Below are positions 27,499 to 35,744 of a DNA stretch of 64,000 nt, piece after piece; position 1 is the first letter of the stretch; every line of letters begins with the position of its first letter. The stretch covers positions 1-64,000 of the forward strand of contig JBFMAF010000033.1 in assembly GCA_040755995.1 (NCBI GenBank). The letters are read 5' to 3'. This DNA is from Acidobacteriota bacterium. Lineage in GTDB: Bacteria; Acidobacteriota; CAIWXX01. The translations under genes and the position numbers were made by a program. The notes below the pieces were generated by a model that was not told where the DNA came from, did not search any database, and saw only the letters and a list, made by a program, of their open reading frames with translations.

Positions 27499-29127
27499 AT
27501 GCGAACTGGTCAGGTGCCAGGAAGGTCGGTCACGCCCACAGGGGCGTGGCGCGTCGCGTTGGGGACGGAACGTCGGGCCGGGGCCCGCGCGGGTGCACCG
27601 CGCGGACGCTCGCCGGTCTCCGCCGCGGCGCTCCTCCCACTTGCGTTCCAGATGGCCTGTACGACGTCGCGGCCGCCGGAGTCCGTCCGGATTGCGGTGC
27701 CCTTCGAGGTCACGACTCTCGACCCGCACGCCGAGGACAAGCTCAGCAACAGCGCCGTAGTCTTCAACAACATATACGAGCCGTTGGTCTCATTCGACGC
27801 GGAGATGAAGATCCGGCCGGCGCTGGCGGAGAGCTGGGAGAACCCTGAAGCCACGGCATGGACTTTTCATTTGCGCCGGGGCGCAGTTTTCCACAGCGGC
27901 CATCAACTGACTGCGGCCGATGTCGTGCATTCCTTCCGGAGGCTTCTGGACTCTCCAACTCTGCAAATCCGCGGGTACGTGGCGACGGTGGTGGAGGTGC
28001 GGGCGCTGAGCGAGCATGATGTGCTGATCAAGACGCGGGTGCAATCGCCGGTTTTCCTGAGCAAGTTGGCACAGGTGATGATCGTTCGCGAGGGCTCGAC
28101 GGTGGACTCCCTCCGTGGCGCCGCCGACGGGACGGGGCCGTATGCGGTATCCGGATGGACGCCGGGTCAATTGCTGCGCCTGCGCAAGCACGACCGCTAC
28201 TGGGGGGCGGTCGACGGGGCCATCGGCGAGGCCGAGTTCGTGCTGGCGCAGACGCCTGCGGAGGCCATCAGCGGTCTGCTGGGCGGTCGTGATCACGTGA
28301 TCCGCTGCGATTCGAAGGAGATCGAGCGGACGGTGGGATCGTCGGAGCGCTACGAGATACTCCGCAGAGACAACCTGTATGTGAAGTACCTGGCATTTGA
28401 CCTCGCGCGCGGCATCACGCCCTACTGCTCGCGCGCTCCTAATCCCTTCCTGGACCGGCGCGTTCGCGAGGCCGTGGACCTCGCGATCAACCGGCCGCGT
28501 CTCGTCCGGGAGATACAGAGCTACGGAGTGCCGGCGACGCAACCGGTCCCCCGTCCCGTTCTCGGCTTCAACCCCGCGATTCTCGACAGAGGCTACCATC
28601 CCGATGAGGCCCGCGCTCTCCTCGAATCGGCAGGCGTGGGATCCGGGTTCAAGGTAACGCTTCACGCCCGGAAGATCGTCGCCGATGCAGCGAAGGCGGT
28701 CCAAGAGGATCTCGCGCGGGTAGGAATCGAGGTCGAAGTAGTGACTCTGGCGGATCTCGACTTTTTCGATCTGATGAACCGCCGCGGCGCGACGTTCTGG
28801 CTCAATCGCTTCGGCTGCGCCACGGGAGATGCGTCGGACTTCCTAGACTCCTTCGTGCACTCGCCTGCCGCAACCCACGGCTTCGGGACCCTCAACTATG
28901 CGGGCTTCTCAGATGCAGCCCTGGACCGCGCGATCGAGGACAGCGCCATGACCGATTCCGCGGAGACTCGGCGCGACCTGCTCCAGGACCTGCTCGGGCG
29001 GATCATGGAGGAAAGAATCGTGGTGCCTCTGTACGACGACCAGGACGTGTACGCTGTCGACAGGCGATTCACGTGGCGCCCCAGGGCGGACAGTGGCATA
29101 AGGATCGCCGACATCGGCCTGCGGTAG
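27499..29127 (+). CDS. ABC transporter substrate-binding protein, family 5 (OppA/DppA-like)
   Basis: TLDPH, IYEPLV, PALAESWE, FHLR.G..FH.G..LTAADV, GTGPY, D.RVR.A...AINR. Confidence 0.85.
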   Translation: MRTGQVPGRSVTPTGAWRVALGTERRAGARAGAPRGRSPVSAAALLPLAFQMACTTSRPPESVRIAVPFEVTTLDPHAEDKLSNSAVVFNNIYEPLVSFDAEMKIRPALAESWENPEATAWTFHLRRGAVFHSGHQLTAADVVHSFRRLLDSPTLQIRGYVATVVEVRALSEHDVLIKTRVQSPVFLSKLAQVMIVREGSTVDSLRGAADGTGPYAVSGWTPGQLLRLRKHDRYWGAVDGAIGEAEFVLAQTPAEAISGLLGGRDHVIRCDSKEIERTVGSSERYEILRRDNLYVKYLAFDLARGITPYCSRAPNPFLDRRVREAVDLAINRPRLVREIQSYGVPATQPVPRPVLGFNPAILDRGYHPDEARALLESAGVGSGFKVTLHARKIVADAAKAVQEDLARVGIEVEVVTLADLDFFDLMNRRGATFWLNRFGCATGDASDFLDSFVHSPAATHGFGTLNYAGFSDAALDRAIEDSAMTDSAETRRDLLQDLLGRIMEERIVVPLYDDQDVYAVDRRFTWRPRADSGIRIADIGLR

Positions 29128-29306
29128 CGGCACCCAGGGTGAGCAGCTGTTCCCGTACGCCTGCCGTTCCCGATAGCGGCGCCGGTCGGGTAGGAGTAGG
29201 TCAGAAGCGGGCCGGCCGCAGGCGGCGCCTCGCCTGGAAAGGGGCCTAAGAAAAACCGGGCTCGCTCGTTGTAGTATTGGGCGGCGAACGGGGAGTGGGA
29301 GAGGCA

Positions 29307-29822
29307 ATGGAGCCTGCGCAACGCGCCGACTGGATCCGGTCACTGTTCGAGCAGTACCGGGGGCCGCTGGTGCGCTACGCTGCGCGCCTCACCGGGGACC
29401 TCGACACGGCCCGCGACGTCGTCCAGGAGGCATTCATCCAGTTGTGCCAGATGGACCCATCGAAGCTCGATTCGCGGCCGGGCCCGTGGCTTTACACGGT
29501 CTGCCGCAATCGCGCTGTCGACGGATTGCGAAAGGAGGCGCGGATGAGCCAATTGAGCGAGGCCCAGGTGGACAGTGTGGAAGCACCGGCTCCGAGTCCC
29601 CTGCATCTGGTGGAACGAGGTGAAACCACCAGCGCCGTTCTCAGGGCCCTGGAGTCGCTGCCGGCGAACCAACAAGAGGTCGTCCGGCTGAAATTCCAGG
29701 ACGGCTTGAGCTACCGTGAGATCAGCGAGATCACGGGGCATTCGATCGGCAACGTCGGGTTCCTCATCCACGTGGGAATCCGGAGAATCCGCGAGACGTT
29801 GCGCCGGAGGGAAACGCGATGA
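29307..29822 (+). CDS. ECF sigma-70 factor
   Basis: DVVQEAF, WLYTVCRN, LP..QQEVV.L....GLSYREISEI. Confidence 0.9.
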   Translation: MEPAQRADWIRSLFEQYRGPLVRYAARLTGDLDTARDVVQEAFIQLCQMDPSKLDSRPGPWLYTVCRNRAVDGLRKEARMSQLSEAQVDSVEAPAPSPLHLVERGETTSAVLRALESLPANQQEVVRLKFQDGLSYREISEITGHSIGNVGFLIHVGIRRIRETLRRRETR

Positions 29823-31861
29823 AAATCGATCCGAACGATTTCCGAATCACAGCCTACGCGCTCGGCGAGCTGGACGAATCCCAGCGCAGGGCGTTCGAAG
29901 AAGAGCTTGCCGCAGATCCGGAGGCGCAGGCGATGGTCGAGGAGACCAGGGAGACGGCCAGGATACTCGCGGAGGAACTGCGAGAGGCGGCGGCCCCCGA
30001 GCTCCAGCAGCATCAGCGAGCCGCCGTCGAGGCCAGGATCGGCGAGATCTCTGCGAAGCAGAACGTGGTCCATTTCAGAATACCGCTTTTCGGCAAACGC
30101 TCCAGGCTCGCAATCGCCGCCAACCTTGCCGCGCTGATCCTGGTCGTGTCCGGCATCGCCATTCTGCTGATTTGGCCGCTGATGACGGCTGATGAACCGG
30201 AGCCGAAGGCTGCAGATGGGAAGCTGCAAAGCCCGGGCGCGGTTCCCACGCTGACTGCTCCACCTGCTGCGGGGAAGAGCGCCGAGGAGGGCTCGGCGCT
30301 GAAGGCACGACTCTACGAAGCGGAGGCAGAGAAGCGCAAGCGCGAGGAGCCAATAAGAGCACCAGGGGATCTCTCTAGTCTCGCGTACATCGCCGAAGGA
30401 GACGCGAGCACCGACTTGACCGAGTGGCAGTTCACCGGAGAGCCCCTGGACACCGAGGCATACGACCGCGTTGAGGAGAACCCGTTCCTCGCCGTGGCTC
30501 AGCATCCGCTGTCGACATTCTCTGTGGACGTCGACACGGCGTCCTACTCGAACGTGAGGCGGTTTCTGAACGAGGGCGGGCTTCCGCCCAAGGATGCCGT
30601 CCGGATCGAAGAGATGGTGAACTACTTCAATTACGACTATCCGGAGCCTAAAGGCAAGGAGCCGTTCGCGGTCGCCGTTGATGTGGCGTCGGCGCCGTGG
30701 GCTCGGTCGCACCGGCTGGCGCGCATCGGCCTGAAGGGTCGTGAGATGCCCCTTGCGCATAGGCCGGTGAGCAACCTGGTCTTCCTTGTCGACGTATCGG
30801 GCTCGATGGACGATCCCTACAAGCTGCCCCTGCTCAAGCGCGCCATGGGCCTGCTCATCGATAGTCTCGGCGAGAAGGACCACGTGGCGATCGTCGGCTA
30901 CGCCGGAGGTGCCGGGCTGGTCCTGCCCTCGACCTCGTGCGCCGACCGGGAGAAGATCCGGTGCGCGCTGGAGCAGCTCCAGGCCGGAGGGTGCACGTGC
31001 GGGAGTGCTGGCATTCAGCTCGCCTACAAGATTGCGTCGCAGAACCTCGTCCGCGGCGGCACCAACCGTGTAATCCTCGCCACGGATGGCGACTTCAACG
31101 TCGGTATCACCAATCAAGGGGAATTGACGCGACTGATCGAGTCCGAGGCGAAGCGCGGCATTTTCCTGAGCGTTCTGGGATTCGGGATGGGCAACTACAA
31201 GGACTCGACACTCGAGAAGCTCGCCGACCGCGGGAACGGCAACTACGCGTATATCGACACGCTCTCGGAGGCGCGGAAGGTGCTGATCGAGCAGCTCAGC
31301 GGCACGCTCGTCACGATCGCGAAGGACGTGAAGATCCAGGTCGAGTTCAACCCGCGCGAGGTGGCGTTCTACAGGCTCATCGGCTACGAAAACCGGATGC
31401 TCAGAGCCGAGGATTTCAACGACGACCGAAAGGATGCTGGGGAAATCGGCGCCGGCCACACAGTGACCGCCCTGTACGAGCTGGTCCCGCCGGGTGTCGA
31501 TTTCAAGGCTCCTCGCGTGGACCCGCTGCGGTACCAGAAGCCCAAGGATCTGGCGGGCGCGGCCGGGGGCGGTGAGCTGTTGACGGTCAAGCTGCGGTAC
31601 AAGGAGCCCGAAGGGTCCGCCAGCAAGCTGCTCGAATACCAGGTACGCGATCAGGGGATGAGATTCGAGCAGGCCGGAGACGACTTCCGATTTGCAGCGG
31701 CCGTGGCCGGGTTCGGCATGGTCCTGCGCGACTCGGAGCACAAGGGCACCGCAACGCTCGACAGAGTCCTCTCGTGGGCCTCCGACAGCGCCGGCGACGA
31801 CCCCGAAGGCTACCGTGCCGGCTTCATCGACCTGGTGCGCACGGCGAAGGCGCTTACGTAG
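29819..31861 (+). CDS. YfbK-like VWA domain protein with N-terminal anti-sigma-like segment and transmembrane helix
   Basis: TAYALGELD, TM helix, STFSVDVDTASY, DVSGSM MIDAS, TDGDFNVG, DAGEIGAGH; ATGA overlap with the sigma gene. Confidence 0.85.
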   Translation: MKIDPNDFRITAYALGELDESQRRAFEEELAADPEAQAMVEETRETARILAEELREAAAPELQQHQRAAVEARIGEISAKQNVVHFRIPLFGKRSRLAIAANLAALILVVSGIAILLIWPLMTADEPEPKAADGKLQSPGAVPTLTAPPAAGKSAEEGSALKARLYEAEAEKRKREEPIRAPGDLSSLAYIAEGDASTDLTEWQFTGEPLDTEAYDRVEENPFLAVAQHPLSTFSVDVDTASYSNVRRFLNEGGLPPKDAVRIEEMVNYFNYDYPEPKGKEPFAVAVDVASAPWARSHRLARIGLKGREMPLAHRPVSNLVFLVDVSGSMDDPYKLPLLKRAMGLLIDSLGEKDHVAIVGYAGGAGLVLPSTSCADREKIRCALEQLQAGGCTCGSAGIQLAYKIASQNLVRGGTNRVILATDGDFNVGITNQGELTRLIESEAKRGIFLSVLGFGMGNYKDSTLEKLADRGNGNYAYIDTLSEARKVLIEQLSGTLVTIAKDVKIQVEFNPREVAFYRLIGYENRMLRAEDFNDDRKDAGEIGAGHTVTALYELVPPGVDFKAPRVDPLRYQKPKDLAGAAGGGELLTVKLRYKEPEGSASKLLEYQVRDQGMRFEQAGDDFRFAAAVAGFGMVLRDSEHKGTATLDRVLSWASDSAGDDPEGYRAGFIDLVRTAKALT

Positions 31862-31917
31862 TGCAAAATGCAGAATGCAAAATGCGAAGTGCAAAATGCA
31901 AAGTGCAAGATGCAAGG
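31862..31917. repeat. Eight tandem heptamers (TGCRRRR)
   Basis: TGCAAAA TGCAGAA TGCAAAA TGCGAAG TGCAAAA TGCAAAG TGCAAGA TGCAAGG, starting directly after the VWA stop codon. Confidence 0.85.
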
Positions 31918-32101
31918 CCCAGCCTGTGGCTGTGTCGGAGTTCTTCCCTACCAGACCGGAAGTGGCCTAAGAAATCCCGCGCTGGCGCGTTCTAGCAGTG
32001 GGAGGCGAGCGGAGAGCCGGAACGCGGACTGGCGAGAGATCGCCTGCGCCGCAGGCTCCAACTGGTGTCGCCGGCTCGGCCCGCTAGCGAAAGGAGGAGC
32101 C

Positions 32102-32836
32102 ATGTTCATTGAATCCCTGATCGGGTTTCAGAAATCGAAGGGAAGACGCCCCGTGAGCTTCACCCTCGCGCTGATAGCGCACGTCGTTTGCATTAGCCTG
32201 TTGATCGTCATTCCATTGCTGCAGAGCACGCCGCTCCCGAGGCCTGCGACGATCGCAAAGCTGATCACGCCGCCGGCTCCGGCGCCGCCTCCACCGCCGC
32301 CTCCGCCGGCGCGCGAGAGGCCCGCCGACGCGCCGAAACAGATTATGCGCGCCGATACGCCTCCACCGGCCCCTGCCGTCCTGGTTGCTCCGTCAGAGGT
32401 GCCCAAGGAGATACTAGAAGATGAGATAGACATTGACCTTCCGGGCGCGGACCCGAACGGTGTCCCCGACGGAGTCCCAGATGGGGTTGCGGACGCTGTT
32501 GACACGCGTTCCATCCTGCCGGTGGCACCGATCGCGCGGGACCAGTCCCCAATCCGCATCGGCGGAGACATCCAGCCGCCGAGGTTGATCAGGAAGGTCC
32601 CGCCCAGGTACCCGGCGATAGCTATCGCGGCTGGGGTTCAGGGCGTTGTAAAGGTCGAAGCAACAACCGACACGTCGGGTCGTGTCGTGGACGCGCGCGT
32701 GACAAGGTCGATTCCGCTGCTCAACGACGCGGCACTGGAGGCCGTACGCCAGTGGATCTACACACCCGTGTTCATCAACGGGCGCCCGCATCCGGTGATC
32801 TTCAGCGTGGATGTTGAGTTCATCCTGCGGAGGTAG
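32102..32836 (+). CDS. tonB: TonB family energy transducer
   Basis: AGGAGG RBS; TM helix with His, Pro-rich linker, YP..A...GVQG.V...G.V..A.V..S.PLL..AAL.AV.QW.Y.P. Confidence 0.85.
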   Translation: MFIESLIGFQKSKGRRPVSFTLALIAHVVCISLLIVIPLLQSTPLPRPATIAKLITPPAPAPPPPPPPPARERPADAPKQIMRADTPPPAPAVLVAPSEVPKEILEDEIDIDLPGADPNGVPDGVPDGVADAVDTRSILPVAPIARDQSPIRIGGDIQPPRLIRKVPPRYPAIAIAAGVQGVVKVEATTDTSGRVVDARVTRSIPLLNDAALEAVRQWIYTPVFINGRPHPVIFSVDVEFILRR

Positions 32837-32925
32837 TTGAAACCCCACGCCGCCTCGACTGGCTCCGCGGCGGCCGATAAGACGGCGCGACACAGATCGC
32901 GCCGTACAGTGCTATACTTGGGGGA

Positions 32926-33117
32926 GTGAGAGTCCATCTGGACGACGAAGAAAAGGAGCTGCCGGGGGGCACGACTGTTCGCAATCTGCTTTCGAGTGAC
33001 GAACGGAAGAGAGTGGATCAGGGATTGTTGCTCATCGTGGACATCCACGGAAACGAACCTCCGCTCGACGCCGCGCTCAGCGACGGCGTGCGCCTGTTTC
33101 GCCGAGAACGGGTTTAG
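32926..33117 (+). CDS. Small beta-grasp (ThiS/MoaD-like) protein
   Basis: 63 aa MRVHLD...ELP.GTTVRNLL...LSDGVRL; TGCTATACT extended -10 just upstream; no C-terminal GG. Confidence 0.55.
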   Translation: MRVHLDDEEKELPGGTTVRNLLSSDERKRVDQGLLLIVDIHGNEPPLDAALSDGVRLFRRERV

Positions 33118-33182
33118 CAGGAGCCCCGCGGCGTCATGGAAACCGCGCAACCCACTGGACGACATGCAACTGGAGGACACAC

Positions 33183-33653
33183 ATGGGCGGCATCGATCTA
33201 TTGACGGGACTCTCTGGAACGTGGGACGGTCCCAATCGTCTCTGGCTCAGACCCACTGAAGCGCCTCACGAGTCGCAGAGCACGGCCACCGTCTTGCCCG
33301 TGATCGGCGGAAGATTCGTTCGGATCGACTACACGTGGGCCTATCAGGGCGAGCCGCAGGAAGGCTCTCTGCTCGTCGGCTATGAGACGGAAGACGACGT
33401 AGTGACAGCCGTCTGGACGGATTCCTGGCACATGGGCGACAAGCTCATGGTCTGCCGCGGAGTGGCCGAGGCGAGCGGCTCCGTCGACGTTCGCGGTTCA
33501 TACGCTGTCCAGTCCGGCCCCGACTGGGGCTGGCGCACAGTGATCCGCTCGCGCGACGACGGCACGTTCGTCATGATAATGTACAACATTACGCCGGAGG
33601 GCACGGAGGCTCTCGCGGTCGAGGCGGTCTACACGAGGGCGGCGCCGCGGTAG
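33183..33653 (+). CDS. DUF1579-like hypothetical protein
   Basis: GGAGG RBS; L.G.W.G, WTDSWHM, WGWR pattern. Confidence 0.7.
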   Translation: MGGIDLLTGLSGTWDGPNRLWLRPTEAPHESQSTATVLPVIGGRFVRIDYTWAYQGEPQEGSLLVGYETEDDVVTAVWTDSWHMGDKLMVCRGVAEASGSVDVRGSYAVQSGPDWGWRTVIRSRDDGTFVMIMYNITPEGTEALAVEAVYTRAAPR

Positions 33654-33725
33654 ACAGACGGGCGGCCGCGGAGACCCGGGGGACCAGACCAGCCGTCACT
33701 GCGGGCAAATGTACCGCGCGAACCG

Positions 33726-34037
33726 ATGAGATGGCAGCGGCGTGTCGGGGCCGTGCTGGTGGTCCTCGGCCTGATTGGCTTCCTGACCGTCGCTGACGAC
33801 CTGCGGCACACCGGGGAGATCTGGGGAGTCGGGGCCATCCTCGCTGCCGGCTTGATGCTGCTGGCAACCGGGTCGAAGCACCCATTGACCAGGCGGTTCT
33901 CGCCTCATTGGCTCGGGTTCGGTTTGCTCGCAGGCGCGGTGCTCGGCGCCGGCCTCGACAAGATGCCGCTCGGCGTTGGACTCGGTTCCGCCGTCGGGAT
34001 GCTGGCGGCACTCTGCCTGGCAAAGCGACAGAACTGA
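33726..34037 (+). CDS. Small integral membrane protein
   Basis: Three to four hydrophobic Gly-rich helices. Confidence 0.6.
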   Translation: MRWQRRVGAVLVVLGLIGFLTVADDLRHTGEIWGVGAILAAGLMLLATGSKHPLTRRFSPHWLGFGLLAGAVLGAGLDKMPLGVGLGSAVGMLAALCLAKRQN

Positions 34038-34141
34038 ACGGCGTGCGGCATGCGAGCAGACCCGCCGCTATCTCGACGAAGATCGGCCGAGAACACGGCT
34101 GCGTCAACAATGTTGAAAGATTCGACCATAATCGAAACTAT

Positions 34142-34170
34142 TTGACGAAACCTTCGGTTGTGCCTAAAAT
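34142..34170 (+). promoter_or_regulatory. Near-consensus sigma70 promoter, probably giving a leaderless mRNA
   Basis: TTGACG-17 nt-TAAAAT, then 6 nt before ATG 34177; no Shine-Dalgarno. Confidence 0.6.
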
Positions 34171-34176
34171 TATCCG

Positions 34177-35439
34177 ATGGAGAGCACATACTATTTTCTG
34201 AATCCGTGGTGGGAGAACAGAACATTCGATTGCGGGATTCCGCGCGAGCCCTACCTGCGTCGTCTCCCGGACATGCTCGGCCGCAGGCAGGTGGAGGTTC
34301 TAATAGGCAGCCGACGCGCCGGAAAGACGACCATAGCAAAGCAGCTTGTCAATGCGATGCTCCAAAACGGCTCATCGCCCAACGATCTCGTCTACCTTGC
34401 TCTCGACCTGCCGTCGCTGTCGGGCATGACCCTGAGTGAGCATCTCAGGGCCATCCGGAAGATCCACATGCACGATCGCAGTCGCAAGATATGGCTGTTC
34501 CTCGACGAGGTGCAGGAGAGCCCGAACTGGGAATCCGAGCTGAAAGCGCAACAGGATTTCGAGATGGTCAAGATCTTCGCGACCGGGTCGACAGCCTCGC
34601 TGATCAAGAGCCAGGGAGGGAAGCTGACCGGTCGCCAGGTAGTGACTACGGTCTACCCTCTGAGCTTCCGCGAGTTCCTCCTCTTTCGCGGAGGCGTACC
34701 GGACATGTCTGAAGACTACAAACTGGAAAGACTTGCCGACGAGTACATCCGGGTCGGCGGCTACCCCGAGCATGTGCTGAACCCATCGGATGAGTACCTT
34801 GCAAACCTGGTGGAGGATATCCTGGCGCGCGACCTCGTGAGGTTGTACTCCATCAGAAGGCCAGCTGTGCTCAGGGATCTCCTGCGGCTGGTCGCATCTG
34901 CGGTCGCATCGCGCACCAGCTACAACAGGCTGAGCAAGCTCATAGGTCTATCGGTAGACACAGTGAAGGAGTACATCGGCCACTTGGAGGCCGCCTTTCT
35001 CGTATCTGCGATGGAGAAATGGACGACCTCCTGGTCAGACCGGGTTTACTCCGCCAAGAAGCTCTACCTGTGGGACACAGGAGTGAAGACGGTTCTAACG
35101 GGGCCGGGTGATGCCGGCGCCCGCGCCGAGAACGCAGTGTGGATGGAATTGAAGCGGCGCAGTACCGAAGCGGGCTACTTCGCCGAAAGTGAGCGCGAGG
35201 TGGATTTCGTGGTGGGCAGTGCCGGAGAGCCGTTCCCCATCGAGGTCAAGTTTGTTTCTACGCTGGATTGGCAGGACAGGCGGCTCTCAGGGCTGTTCCT
35301 TTTCCTCAGGCGCAACCCGCGGTCGCGCCGCGCGCTAGTCGTCACGCACAGGGTAGAGGGGCGGAAGGAAGTGGATCGCTGTTCGATAGACGCAGTGCCG
35401 CTCTGGAAGTTCCTTCTGCGGTCGGAGCAGTGGGTCTGA
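34177..35439 (+). CDS. AAA+ ATPase with DUF4143-like/PD-(D/E)xK C-terminus
   Basis: NPWW, GSRRAGKT, FLDEVQ, ATGS, YPLSFREF, GGYP, K.YLWDTG, EVDFV...PIEVK. Confidence 0.9.
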   Translation: MESTYYFLNPWWENRTFDCGIPREPYLRRLPDMLGRRQVEVLIGSRRAGKTTIAKQLVNAMLQNGSSPNDLVYLALDLPSLSGMTLSEHLRAIRKIHMHDRSRKIWLFLDEVQESPNWESELKAQQDFEMVKIFATGSTASLIKSQGGKLTGRQVVTTVYPLSFREFLLFRGGVPDMSEDYKLERLADEYIRVGGYPEHVLNPSDEYLANLVEDILARDLVRLYSIRRPAVLRDLLRLVASAVASRTSYNRLSKLIGLSVDTVKEYIGHLEAAFLVSAMEKWTTSWSDRVYSAKKLYLWDTGVKTVLTGPGDAGARAENAVWMELKRRSTEAGYFAESEREVDFVVGSAGEPFPIEVKFVSTLDWQDRRLSGLFLFLRRNPRSRRALVVTHRVEGRKEVDRCSIDAVPLWKFLLRSEQWV

Positions 35440-35744
35440 GATAGGGCCCTCGCGGCCTCCCTGCCTTGACGAATGGCTCGGACTGACGAATTCCGGACGT
35501 GCTGACACTGGATGCTTCGCTGATCGCGGTCGCTACCAATCGTGAGGAGCGGTAGCCGCGGACGGCTCGCTGACGCCCGGTGGAAGCTCCAAGGCATGAG
35601 CAAGGGCCAGATTCAATTCGGCGATTTCGCTGGTTGGCAGACTCGCGACGATCCAGTCCGTACGCACCACACCAAACGGATTCGCGGGGCGCCATGCCCC
35701 GCGATAGAACCTGTCGCCTTCCGTTACCTGCGCGTGCTTCTGAG

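Noticed and set aside
4636..31917. Short repeat arrays as CRISPR
   Set aside because: Units are 7-8 nt with no spacers, and no cas genes are present
31868..32101. N-terminal extension of the TonB ORF (MQNAKCEVQNAK...)
   Set aside because: It is the translated heptamer repeat; a strong RBS supports ATG 32102
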